DNA of 64,000 bases, taken from contig CBFFRQ010000057.1 in NCBI GenBank assembly GCA_965644315.1, positions 667,018-731,017 on the forward strand. The letters are read 5' to 3'. This stretch comes from Caecitellus pseudoparvulus. Its lineage: Eukaryota; Protista; Bigyra: Bicosoecida. Shown piece by piece: positions 1 to 10,410 of this stretch. Made by a program: the position numbers and the translations under genes. A model generated the notes under the pieces. It was not told where the DNA came from. It did no database searches and saw nothing but the letters and a program-made list of their open reading frames with translations. The number at the start of each line of letters is the position of its first letter. The first letter of the stretch is position 1.

Positions 1-2
1 CT

Positions 3-3000
3 GTCCCGGCACCGGGGGAGAACCGCACCAGCCCTGTGCCAGACACGTCTGGCTTAGTGGTGGCGGCAGTGTTGCGTGCACAGGCCTTTCACGCTGAAGG
101 TGGCACGGCCCTGGCAGCTGGGGAGCTCCCGGCAGAGGAGGCCCCCCCTGAGGCGCCTGAGACAGGCGACGACGAAGGCAAGGACTCCGGGGGCGCGAGT
201 GAGAGCAAGGATGCAGGTGCTGCCGCCGAGCCAGGCGCGCGCAGTGAAAGCCGGGCCCTGCCTCGTTCCGTGTCTGCGCTGTCTGCGCTGTCTGGCCTCA
301 GCTCCGCGGCCCCGGCACCCCGTGCCCAGGCTGAAGGCGAAGATGACCTGCCCCCACCACTCTTCGGGTTCGGCATGTTGTCCCTGTGGCCGGCTCCGTG
401 CGACGTAGAGGTGCTCCAGCACTGGCGCAGCCACACGTCGGTGGTGTTTGGCGCCCGAGCAGCAGTTGGCATGCGCATCACACAGCTAGCAGCCGCGGTA
501 ACGTCGGCGCCGGCAGGCGGGGATGAATGGGGCTCCCCGCGCCCGGACACTCCGAAGCAGCGCGGAGCCCAGCTCGCCCTGCCTGCTGGCGCTGCACACG
601 AGGACGCTGTGACTGCAGCCGTGCCTGCGCCTACCCCAGCAGCCGTCGGACGGGGGCAGGCTCGGAGGCGTGCAGCTCAAGTCCTGGGCCCTGCCCTCTT
701 GCCCCTCCTGCTGTCTGTTGGAGGCGACACCGATGGCTGGTCCAACCAGGCCAGCTCCAGGAAGGCCAGTGCCGCTCTGAAGGAGCTGTTGGGCTGCCTG
801 GACTCCCTGCAGTGGACAGTGTCTGGCCACGGTTTCCGGGTGGAGGCCATGGGGCAAGGCTGGTTCAGGGTGCCCCCCGCCGGCTACGGCGGACCTTTCT
901 GCCCGCGAGGGGACCTTGGCAAGCGGGTGCGGGTGTCTCCCTTGCGCCACCTCGGCGAGCGGGGTCTCGCCCTTGGCGCCGCGTACGACCTATCTCAGGA
1001 AGCACAAGGCGAACCAGGCTCTCCAGGCAGCCACCGCCGTGTCAGCACGGCGGGAGCTGCCCGAGCAGTGCTGGCAACGATCTCAGCTCGTTCCCTTGTC
1101 GGCACTGCGGAGCAGAAGGTGGAGTCTCCCACTGCCGGCGACGGTGGCAAGCGTGCCCAAGGTGAGGGTGGCTTGGCAGCTCTGGCGTTGGGAGCGCTGC
1201 GTCGCCCCTCTGCCCGAGCACCCGGCTTGGCCAGTGGCAGGGTGACCCTGGCGGACCTGGGCGTCTCGGAGGCCGAAGCTCGCACCGTACCGGGAGGCCG
1301 CGTTCGGCGCCTGTTCGACCCCACCCCCGAGGAGCGCATCCAGCTGCTGGCCGAGTCGCTGTTTCGGCGTGTCGTGGTGCTGGGCGGCGTGCGCATGCCC
1401 AGTTCGCGTGCCGGAGTGGCTCCCGACCAGGCTTCCAGCCGGCAAGGCGCCCTGCCGTCAGTGGTGGAGGACGCCCCGGCACGGGAGGTGTCGAAAACCG
1501 ACAGCGCTGCCACTCACGGCGTGCCCACTTCCCACCTAAGCCAGGCCTTGCAGGGCGTGCTGGCCCGGAGAGAGGGTGAGGATTACGATGCCTGGTTCAA
1601 GCGCGCCAACGACGACCCTCGCCTGTCCGACATCTGGCGGCACAGGCAAGCCCTGGCAGAACAGCGCTCCCTGCAGCGCAGGCGGGGCCGCCCAGTGGAC
1701 GGGGAGGTTGTGGTGGCCCCCTCCTGCCTGCAGGCGGCCAAGCTGGCTTCCAAGGGGGGGCTGTCCCAGCGTGGCTTCTTGCCCCTCACCAGCATCTTTC
1801 ACCTGTGCTGCGCGCCCCCTGCTCTGCAGGGCCAGCCAGACGCCTCCGGCGTGGAGGACCGCCCTGCAATTGGACAAGGGGACGCTGCCGCTGTGGATGG
1901 GGGGGATAATGTGGACTTGCCCGCACGGCGCCTGGCGCGTATCGCCTCAGCTGGACTCATGTCCGTGTCAGAGGTGACGGACGAGGGCGCAGTGGCAGCA
2001 GCACTGCTGCAGAAGGGTCGCCGGACGCAGGAGCTGGCGGACGTGCGGCGACCAGACCAGCTGCGCAGTTTGCGCCCGCCAAGCGTGGGGCGCTTTCGCC
2101 CTCATGAGGCGCCCGTCGTGCCGACGCCTGGTAAGGCAGCAGCAGGCGGTAGTGGCCCGGCGTCCACTGCCGCGGGGCAGCGGGCACACGCGCGGCATTT
2201 GGTTCCATCTGCGCTGCCCGACACGCGCACGGCGCAGACGCTGGTGCAGATCCTAGTGAACGAGGTGGAGGGCGAGGAGGAGGTGAAGGGCTCTGGCCGA
2301 GGGCTGCAGTTCCCCCGCAAGGAGCCCCTCTTGGTGGCGTCCTCCACCACCAGCACCCTGGCAGCCCTCCTCAAGCGTGACGCCAGGGCGGATGCGGCGC
2401 GGTCGGAGCAGGTGCGCGCCATCCTGCCTTCTGCCATGGTGCGACGCTTCCCCACTGGAACGCAACTGCAAGGTCCCGTGCCGGAAGGCACCCTGATCAA
2501 GGCTGCCAAAGCCGCTCGCCGCGCTGAGGCGGCAGCCAGTCGAGAGGCGCTGGCCGCCCTCATGGGCGTGCAGACGCAGCCGGTGATGGATTCGCGTCTG
2601 AACAGCGGCGCGCCCGTCGTGGCTGCGGAGGCCGCCATGGTGGGCGGCGCCGTCCGCTTCCCCCCCACTGCACTGAGTTTGCACCGCCCAGAGGACCGGC
2701 CGCCACCCCCGTCGCGCATGCACACAAGTGCCACCAGCCTGGGCTCTGGCGTGCCAGCTCTGCAGGCCACCATGTCAGCTCACCAGGCCCTGGTGCCTTC
2801 TGCAGCAGCCCAAGACGCCAGCCGGCCTCGTGGGCTGGTGTCTCCGCTGTGCATGCCAGGCCCAAGTACTACATCTCTGGGCGCAGGAGATTCCCTGGGA
2901 GCGGCCAGCTCGGCGTCCTTTCTCCGAGTCCCACCAGAGGCCGGGTGCCGGTATGGCATGGCGGGCTCCGAGGCTGACGTGGCGGCTGAGGAGTGGCTGC

Positions 3001-5057
3001 AGGGCGCCAGCCCCAGATCTGGCAGGGAGGGGCCCGATGCACGGCCCACCACTCCCCAGCAGAGGGCCAGCATCACCGCCGACGACTCGGATGATGAGGC
3101 GCTGCCGCCTCCGAGTACATTCCTCGCGGATGTGGCCAGCGGCTCCATCTCTGCGGTGGATGTCGTACCAGGGTGGACGGCCCCCCCCAAAGCCGCTGAC
3201 ATCGTGGCCATGCGCCAGCGTGAGGCCCGGCGCCTGCGCAGCCGGGGCGGAAGCAGGGCTGCAAAAGCGCAGACCAGCCCCAAGATCACCTCCACGGCGC
3301 CGTCACGGGCCTTGGCCATCGCGCCCATGGGCGCAGAACGACAACGCCCCTCCCGTGTTCTGCACCCCGCCCTTGTTCAGAGCATGAAGGCGTCTGTGCG
3401 GCGGGAGCAGACCAAGCAGCACCGACGGGACATGCAGAGCCAGCGGGGGGAGCGGGGGACTGCACAAGCTGACTCCGCTGGTGACCAGGGGCGCACTCTG
3501 GCGCAGCGGGAGGTGCTGGGCGCCCCCACATCCACCATTGAGTTGGGTCCACCCGGCGGCGCACCAGGCCAGCCAGCAGAGGAGGGCGGCGGCGTCTCGC
3601 CCCGATTCACCGTCGCGGGGGCCTCGGCGCTCCTGCACGTAGAGCGCTATGCCGGCGACCTGGAGGCTTTCGGCGGCTCGAAGGATGCGGAGGAGAAGGG
3701 AGGCGCTGGTGCACCGGTGCGCGCTCGTCCCGGCCCCGGGTTTCTCCTGGACGGCCAGGTGGCTGATGTGAACGAAGGTGCGCGGCGCGGGATCGGCGGC
3801 AGCATCCCCTTCTCGGCACCACCGCGTCAGCGCTCCGCCATCGTCAGCCCGTTGAAGGCGGGCGGCAAGGCAGGTGCCTCCCTGTGGTTGTCAGCTGCTG
3901 ACGTCGTTGTGGCTGAGCGCAGCAAGCGGGCCCACCCAGGAGTCTCGGCAGCTGCAGCTGCTGCGACGGGGGACGGTCTGTCAGCGGCCCAGGCGGCGTA
4001 TGTGGGAGAGGGCAAGCGAGCTGGCAAGCGAGCGGGCGCGCGCGTGCCTGGTGACGTGCGTGGCTTCGTGACTCCCCGCAGCGAGGAAGGTGGCCCGCCG
4101 TTGGTGCGTGCAGCCAACAGCGCAGGGGTTGGGCGCAGCCTGCGTGCCCGTGGCACTGCCCCTGCTGGCCGTTCACTGCTGTCAGTGCACCAAAGCACTG
4201 AGCGCACGCTGCGCGCTGCCGCTCATGGAGCCGCCTCAGCGCCACGCCTTCGGGATGTCGAGCAGGGCATGGACGACGAGACAGTGAGTGAGCTGGCCAA
4301 GTACGGCATGTTCACTCTAAAGGACACGTTACAGAGCCGGGTTGTGCCCGCCCTCGGGTCTCGCCGACCGCACTCAAGCAGAGCTGGCCTGTCAGAAGCC
4401 ATGCACGTGGCGCTGGGCGGCAGTGACTCCATGGCCAGTGTGGGCGCTGGAAAGCGCATCAAAGGTGACTCGGACGTCGCCCGGGCCGCAAGTGTCGTGC
4501 GTGGGCTGGAAGTGGGGGACACGGGCGCTGGCCTACGCAGTGCATTGCAGGGCGACAGTGACTCAGACGAGGAGCCTCTGGGCCGCACCCAGGCCGGTGA
4601 TGGTGGCGCACAAACTGCCAAGGCAAGCCACTCCGGCTCCAAGTTCAGCATGGCCGGACCAGCCGGCAGCGTGGCGCCTGGCTTTGCCAGTGCCAAGTCG
4701 TTGGAGGCTGCCCAACTGCTGGAGGCAACGACGCGGGCCGCAGCGTACGTGGCGGGGAAGCGGGGACCAACGACAGGCGGCCTGCCCGATGCAGCCTCGT
4801 CACAAGTTCGAGTGCACGGCGTGACAACGCCTGCTCGCATCAAGGCTTTGCGAGTGCGCGGCGCAGCCACTTCAACTCCGCCTTCCAAGCAAAAGCGCGA
4901 CCCCAACGCAGCCAAGACTGGTGGACGGGAGCAGGCCAGCGCCATGTTCGTTGCCAAGCAGCCTGTGCTGAGTGCTTTTGACAAGCCCATGCCGCGGCCC
5001 AGTCTCAGCACACTCCGCAAGCAGATGCAGGAGGAGCGCCGCAGCGGAGCTAGGTAG
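3..5057 (+). CDS. Large low-complexity Ala/Ser/Pro/Gly-rich hypothetical protein, probably 5'-truncated by the window edge
   Basis: The 1673-aa ORF frame is open from position 3 to TAG 5057. No recognisable domain. Confidence 0.7.
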   Translation, partial: VPAPGENRTSPVPDTSGLVVAAVLRAQAFHAEGGTALAAGELPAEEAPPEAPETGDDEGKDSGGASESKDAGAAAEPGARSESRALPRSVSALSALSGLSSAAPAPRAQAEGEDDLPPPLFGFGMLSLWPAPCDVEVLQHWRSHTSVVFGARAAVGMRITQLAAAVTSAPAGGDEWGSPRPDTPKQRGAQLALPAGAAHEDAVTAAVPAPTPAAVGRGQARRRAAQVLGPALLPLLLSVGGDTDGWSNQASSRKASAALKELLGCLDSLQWTVSGHGFRVEAMGQGWFRVPPAGYGGPFCPRGDLGKRVRVSPLRHLGERGLALGAAYDLSQEAQGEPGSPGSHRRVSTAGAARAVLATISARSLVGTAEQKVESPTAGDGGKRAQGEGGLAALALGALRRPSARAPGLASGRVTLADLGVSEAEARTVPGGRVRRLFDPTPEERIQLLAESLFRRVVVLGGVRMPSSRAGVAPDQASSRQGALPSVVEDAPAREVSKTDSAATHGVPTSHLSQALQGVLARREGEDYDAWFKRANDDPRLSDIWRHRQALAEQRSLQRRRGRPVDGEVVVAPSCLQAAKLASKGGLSQRGFLPLTSIFHLCCAPPALQGQPDASGVEDRPAIGQGDAAAVDGGDNVDLPARRLARIASAGLMSVSEVTDEGAVAAALLQKGRRTQELADVRRPDQLRSLRPPSVGRFRPHEAPVVPTPGKAAAGGSGPASTAAGQRAHARHLVPSALPDTRTAQTLVQILVNEVEGEEEVKGSGRGLQFPRKEPLLVASSTTSTLAALLKRDARADAARSEQVRAILPSAMVRRFPTGTQLQGPVPEGTLIKAAKAARRAEAAASREALAALMGVQTQPVMDSRLNSGAPVVAAEAAMVGGAVRFPPTALSLHRPEDRPPPPSRMHTSATSLGSGVPALQATMSAHQALVPSAAAQDASRPRGLVSPLCMPGPSTTSLGAGDSLGAASSASFLRVPPEAGCRYGMAGSEADVAAEEWLQGASPRSGREGPDARPTTPQQRASITADDSDDEALPPPSTFLADVASGSISAVDVVPGWTAPPKAADIVAMRQREARRLRSRGGSRAAKAQTSPKITSTAPSRALAIAPMGAERQRPSRVLHPALVQSMKASVRREQTKQHRRDMQSQRGERGTAQADSAGDQGRTLAQREVLGAPTSTIELGPPGGAPGQPAEEGGGVSPRFTVAGASALLHVERYAGDLEAFGGSKDAEEKGGAGAPVRARPGPGFLLDGQVADVNEGARRGIGGSIPFSAPPRQRSAIVSPLKAGGKAGASLWLSAADVVVAERSKRAHPGVSAAAAAATGDGLSAAQAAYVGEGKRAGKRAGARVPGDVRGFVTPRSEEGGPPLVRAANSAGVGRSLRARGTAPAGRSLLSVHQSTERTLRAAAHGAASAPRLRDVEQGMDDETVSELAKYGMFTLKDTLQSRVVPALGSRRPHSSRAGLSEAMHVALGGSDSMASVGAGKRIKGDSDVARAASVVRGLEVGDTGAGLRSALQGDSDSDEEPLGRTQAGDGGAQTAKASHSGSKFSMAGPAGSVAPGFASAKSLEAAQLLEATTRAAAYVAGKRGPTTGGLPDAASSQVRVHGVTTPARIKALRVRGAATSTPPSKQKRDPNAAKTGGREQASAMFVAKQPVLSAFDKPMPRPSLSTLRKQMQEERRSGAR

Positions 5058-5166
5058 GCGAAAGGGAGACCAGGCGGGTCCACTGACAAACACCACGTCG
5101 CGATGGCAATGCACACACAGCAACATGGTCAGTGGGGGGCACAGAGTTCCGAACATCGCTGCCCAC

Positions 5167-6868
5167 TTACTGCCAGGCTGAGTCTTCGGGGTGTCGCGAG
5201 CGGGAGTCCACGCCCCCCGTTGTCGTGTAGCCATACGCGGCAGCAGTAGTGGTGTACTGCGCACTCTGTGACAAATCTGCATACGTACCAGGATGATACG
5301 CCGCACTAACGCCGTACCCCTGCGAGCCATGGCCGGCATCGCTGTTGTATGGGTCGTCCATGAGATCGTACGTGGGCAGAGCATCTTCTTGAGCTGCCTT
5401 GGAGCGACAGACACCGCAGGCATACATGCCAACTGCAATGAGGAAGCAACCAGCGCCGACGCCCACTCCAATGTACACCCACAGCCACTTGTCAACTGGG
5501 TGCTTCGGCAGCTTGTAGGATGAGGGCTGGGGCGGCTCAGAGCTCCCAGTGGGGGCTAGCCCCACCCTGTGCTGGTCCTGATCAAAGGCAGATGCAAAGG
5601 CAATCTGGAATGTGTCCCCCAGCAGCCACTCTCCACCCGGCAGGGTGGAGGGGATGCCATCCACCCGCAGCGCACACACATCCTGCCGCAGTGTGCAGGG
5701 GGGCCCGCAGCAGTAGTACTGCGAGGGCCGCAGCACAAAGTCATACAGGCCGTCACCTTGCACACCACCTTGCACGACGTGCATGACAAAGGTTATGTTG
5801 GGCAGAGCTGGCAGCGCCGCTTGCGGGCAGGAGCCGGAGTACGAGTCGCAAGCATGCCCAGCCGCGCTGGATGCGAGCAGGACCGCCTCAAAGAAGTCCT
5901 CAAAATCCTGGCCTGGCATGAGCAAGAGGGACGTGCCGGTGTCCACTACCCCAGGCACGGGCGCTGCGTTGGGGGTATCAGGCACGAAGTCCATGGCGTC
6001 GTATGTGACGTCGCCGTCATCGCTCTCGCTGCGCCCGACGAAGGATGAGAGGACTACGTGGTAGAGCTGCACAGAGTAAAACGCGAAGGAGGACTTCCCG
6101 CGGGACAGCCGGTACTGCAGGGTCGGCATCCATGCCCAGGGGTGGCGGGAGTACGAGGAGTTGGCGGCACCCAGCGTCATGGAGCTACCTGCCTGCCCAT
6201 GGCCAGACATGTAGAAGGAGAAGACACGTGGTTCGCCCGCTGCATCAGCCCAGCGCTGGAACCAGGTGGGGGAGGTGACGGAGGCAAGGGCAGGGTAGGC
6301 CAGGCCCAGGATGCCATCAGCTGCAAAGCCACAGGTCCACGGCTCCTGTGTGCCTGCGCCCGCCACGCCCAGGTCCAGGTCTGGAAGCGCCTGCCCTCCC
6401 AGCGTGACTGTGTCCGTGCCCACGGCCACGGTCACGTTCCCACTGCCATAGCCTAGGAACTGCTTTCGATCAGCGTTGTGCCACGTCTTGCTGGCACCGG
6501 TGTTGAACAGGCTGTGCTCGTTCCGGCAGGAGGGGTTTGGGAACGGCACGTCTGTGCCGAGCACCCACAACTGCAGGAGGCGCGGGGCAAGTGTGCGGAG
6601 CACGAAGGGCCCAATCCAGCTGCGGTGGAGCACTCACATCAGAGGAGCCGGTGTCCAGCTGCACCTTGAGCTCTTGCCCGCCAATCGTCAGCGTGGCGCC
6701 GTAGGCTAGATTGTCTGTGTTGTCTACTGGGACCAGGCCAGAGGCAAGGCGCCGCCTCTGAAATGTCGAGCGGATACGAGTGAGGGGCAGGGACAGGGGG
6801 ACTGCATGGATGCCTTGGACACACAACCAGAGGCCTACTGCGAGGCGTAGTAGTGAAGTGGGTGCCAT
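5167..6868 (-). CDS. Pepsin-like (A1) aspartic protease with signal peptide and C-terminal TM anchor; 1 intron (6571-6637)
   Basis: Hydrophobic N-terminus MAPTSLLRLAVGLWLC. Splicing GTGAGT..CTGCAG restores DTGSSD|LW. Also DGILGL, a second DTGTS, WLLGDTF and a TM segment WLWVYIGVGVGAGCFLIAVG. Confidence 0.92.
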
Positions 6869-7218
6869 CTCCGGCTCTTTGCACTTGGGTGAAATCTCAG
6901 CAACTTCCGCGCAGCAGCAGCACAAGCCACGCCTTGGCCACACCCAGTGCACCGAGGCTGGAAGGGAGGCGCAGAGAAAGTAAGCCGAGTACGTAGAACA
7001 CAGCAAGTCTAGTGTGATGTTGTGGTCTGTGCACTTTGCACGGCGGGCGTGTTTCGCCCAGCGACAGGGGGTGGCTGGCCTTGGCAGCCGCCTTCCCCGA
7101 GAATGTGGGTCCTGGCGCACAAAGTCCTCGCTGCACCACATCCATTCTTGCAGGTTGCATAGCCATCGCTGACGACCCCAGGACTTGGACGGCAGCCCAC
7201 CAGCCTTTTACGCACAGC

Positions 7219-9207
7219 ATGTCCGGACTGCAAGCTGCAGCCAAGGCCCGCGTGGCCTCGGCAGCGCGCCGCATTTTCGGGGACTTCGAGCTCACGAACG
7301 GCGCTGGGACTGGGCGCAAGTACCTGAAGGCGGTGAACCGCGCACATGGTGTCCTGAAGTACACCCCCGATCAGATGCGCGACTTCAACTTCGCCGGCCT
7401 GCCCCACGCCAAGGCGCTCTTCCAGTATGACTACAAGCAGTACCTGAAGAGCCAGGGTGACGCGAAGTATGAAAAGCTGAAGGAACGAGACGGCTTCCAC
7501 CCTGACATCCACGACGTGCACAAGGCACACCAGCTGAATGCTGTTAAAGAAGAGCACGATGTTGGCGTGGGTGAGGTGCTGCCTGAGGAAGTGGCGTCGT
7601 TCAGCGCTGCTGCGGAAAAAGGGCAGCTGGTTAGTGCCGTCAGTTTGGTTGAGAGCATCGTGCAGCGCCTGGAGGCGGCCGCCGAAGGTGCAAAGGAGCA
7701 GGAAGCCGCAACTATCGAGGCCCTCCTCTCCTCCCAACGGAGCAGGCTGGAGACCTTGCAGAGTGCGCTGGAGGCACTGCCTGAAGGTGATGGCGAGGAG
7801 ACGGTGCCCGAGGCCGCTGCTGCTGCTAACTCCATCGCTGCCATCGACCCCACTGCCCTAATGGGCCCTGGTGCAGTGGACTCCAAGGCATTCCCAGGCT
7901 ACACCATGTATGCCATTGCACGGCAGCGACTTGGCAGCGCCCCCTCCGCCGGGACTGCCTCTGCCTCCAGCGACCAGAGCAGCCATCATGATGAGGCGAG
8001 TGGAGCAGCCGCACCAAGGGCAGCAGCTGCAGCAGCCCTGGCGCAGTACTTCCAAGCCATCGTGCCAGCACCTCTGCACACCTTGGATCAGTACAAGCCA
8101 GGCGCTATCCCGGTGCTGGCCCCGCCCACCCCCGCCGACGCAGCTGCCGCTGCCCCCAGCATTGACTCTGGCGATTACGACGAGGCGCTGCAAGCTGCCG
8201 CCCGTGGCGTGGAGGGCGACGGTGTGGAGGCCGCCCTTCAGGCCCTGCTCGCCGGCACGGCCGCGGCAGAGGACCCCGCCGGCTTGGAGGCGTGGGCGAC
8301 CACCATGGTCTCCGCATCCCTCCTGCACACCTTTGTGACGTGGCTGGCAGCTGTGCGGCCCAGCGCAGCGCCAGCCTCTGTCGGGGCCCTGGACCTGGAA
8401 AAGTACGTGCCGGGCCTGCACTCTGACGTGGGGTCCCTGGAGCTGCCGCTGTCCGCCTTAGGCACAGATGAGGCTGCCCTGCCGGCCCTGCTCAGCGCCC
8501 TGCTGGCAGATGCGACGCCCTTCGCGCAAGACGAGCGGCAGCTGGCCGGCATGCCCACTGGCGGCATGGTGACGGAGGAGGACCTGCGACTGGAGGAGGC
8601 TTGCGCTGCCACCGTTCTGGACGGCGCCGTGGACGCTTGGCAGTCGCCCACGAGCTTGTTGGAGGCTGCCGCTGAGGGTGGCGTGACCGCCCTCCCTCCC
8701 TCCCTGCGCACGCAGCTGCGAGTGCAGGTGGTGGACCATCTTATGCAGGCGGTGGCCGTCTTGCGGGGTGATGAGTGGGCACAGGCAGACACGCTGGGGG
8801 TTGGGCAAGGCCTGACTGCTGAGCAGGCCTCCGAGCGAGTGGAGCACTTCCTGTCCTGGCTGCTGCCTTGGGCAGGCGAGGCGAAAGCGTTGCAGGACAA
8901 GGCCCGCTTGGCAGCCGTCTTTGCCGTGCAAGACTGGGTTGCCGCTGGCTCTGAGAAGGTGGACGCGTGGGAGGCAGCGGTGGAGGCTGACGCTGACAGC
9001 GAGGTGGCGGCGAGTGTGCCCGTGCTGGCCACTGGGGAGGCAGTGCGGTCTGCTGGCATGCGGCGCCTGCAGCACCTGTGGCGCACTGTGCAGTACCCCA
9101 CGACGGCCCATGCCCTGGACGCCTACGCAGTGCATTTGGTGACCACAGACAGGCACCCGCTGGCCCTGGACCTGGCCCTGCCTCTCGGCCAGGCTGAGCG
9201 GGCGTAG
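7219..9207 (+). CDS. Hypothetical protein with an N-terminal mS33/Rsm27-like segment and a long Ala-rich extension
   Basis: Long ORF. The N-terminus VASAARRIFGD..NGAGTGRKYLK..GVLKYTP resembles the mitoribosomal S33 pattern (S.RIF....N..RTG.K.L....G....Y.P). Confidence 0.55.
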   Translation: MSGLQAAAKARVASAARRIFGDFELTNGAGTGRKYLKAVNRAHGVLKYTPDQMRDFNFAGLPHAKALFQYDYKQYLKSQGDAKYEKLKERDGFHPDIHDVHKAHQLNAVKEEHDVGVGEVLPEEVASFSAAAEKGQLVSAVSLVESIVQRLEAAAEGAKEQEAATIEALLSSQRSRLETLQSALEALPEGDGEETVPEAAAAANSIAAIDPTALMGPGAVDSKAFPGYTMYAIARQRLGSAPSAGTASASSDQSSHHDEASGAAAPRAAAAAALAQYFQAIVPAPLHTLDQYKPGAIPVLAPPTPADAAAAAPSIDSGDYDEALQAAARGVEGDGVEAALQALLAGTAAAEDPAGLEAWATTMVSASLLHTFVTWLAAVRPSAAPASVGALDLEKYVPGLHSDVGSLELPLSALGTDEAALPALLSALLADATPFAQDERQLAGMPTGGMVTEEDLRLEEACAATVLDGAVDAWQSPTSLLEAAAEGGVTALPPSLRTQLRVQVVDHLMQAVAVLRGDEWAQADTLGVGQGLTAEQASERVEHFLSWLLPWAGEAKALQDKARLAAVFAVQDWVAAGSEKVDAWEAAVEADADSEVAASVPVLATGEAVRSAGMRRLQHLWRTVQYPTTAHALDAYAVHLVTTDRHPLALDLALPLGQAERA

Positions 9208-9216
9208 GCGCAAGGC

Positions 9217-9693
9217 TCACTTGCTCAGCAACTGCTCAATGATACCCTCCACACCCTTCTCTACCAACGCCACCACACCGGCATGCCCCCCCTCGTAGTA
9301 CGGGTCAGGCACGTCCGTGACACCCTCCTCTGGGCAGTAGCTGCAGAACATGCTGAGCTTGCTGTGGTGCTCGGGGGCAAGCAGTCGCTTGAGGTCGTGC
9401 ATGTTACTGGTGTCCATGGCAATGATGTGGTCATACAGTGCCCCGTCTGCCTTATTTACTTGGGAGGCTGTGTGCTCGCTCAAGTCGTACCCTGCAGCCT
9501 TCGCAGCGCGGACCATGTTGCTGTCGGCGCCTTCGCCAACGTGGTGGCTGCAGGTGCCAGCAGAGGCGATGGTCACTGGCACGCCAGCAGCCTCTGCCTT
9601 GTCCTTCAGCACCCAGTGTGCGACGGCGGAGCGGTTGATATTGCCCAGGCAGACCAAGAGGACGGAAGGTGCTGAAGCGCTGCTCGACGCCAT
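9217..9693 (-). CDS. Low-molecular-weight protein tyrosine phosphatase
   Basis: P-loop VCLGNINRS, SAGT, IIAMD and DVPDPYY motifs. Confidence 0.92.
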   Translation of the reverse strand: MASSSASAPSVLLVCLGNINRSAVAHWVLKDKAEAAGVPVTIASAGTCSHHVGEGADSNMVRAAKAAGYDLSEHTASQVNKADGALYDHIIAMDTSNMHDLKRLLAPEHHSKLSMFCSYCPEEGVTDVPDPYYEGGHAGVVALVEKGVEGIIEQLLSK

Positions 9694-10410
9694 GGCGAAA
9701 CGCCCACTGATGCAGCTGCACACGAAGGAGACGCGGCAACTAACGCGTAAACAAAATCAACAGTGCACCGGAGTCAGAATTGAACACGCTGCCCGCGCAC
9801 ATTGGTCGGTTTTCAAGTTGCTTCACCAGAGGCTTTTGATCGGGGTGGCATGGAGCTCGCGGAATTTGAAGCCGCCCTTCAGGCATACCCTGTCGTGCGG
9901 CCAGCCACCACGGTCTTGCCACCACCAACTGTGAGTCTGGGCCTGCACCCAAACCCTCCACATGGAGTCTGCTGTGATGCACCCCCCGCCCCCTTCTCTT
10001 GATTTGCTCAGAGTCAAGGGGGCCTCTTTGGATCGGCTGGCGGAGGCGGCGCTGCCAAGTCCACGAGGCAGAGGGCCGCGGCGCCCCTTGCCCTGCACCT
10101 GCCAAGCACAGCCGAGTACAGCGCACTGGCTAAAGCGGGTGCCCAGCCATCAACTGCTGACGCCAAGCTGCGCGCATGGTGCGCTGCTGCCGGCATGTCA
10201 CGGGACACTTGCCGAGAGGTGGAAGGGCGCATGCGTCTCCTGTCCACGGTGGTGGCCTTGAGTTTAAACCTGGAAGACATGGAGAGGGTGGCGCTAGCCC
10301 TAGAGTGCAGCGGGTGAAGTGCGGGGCAGAGCCGTGCGCTGCGCTGGGTGGACTGCTCCAAGCATGTTCATTAGGGGGCAAGGTCGCGAAGCACGGGCCA
10401 GCACACCACC

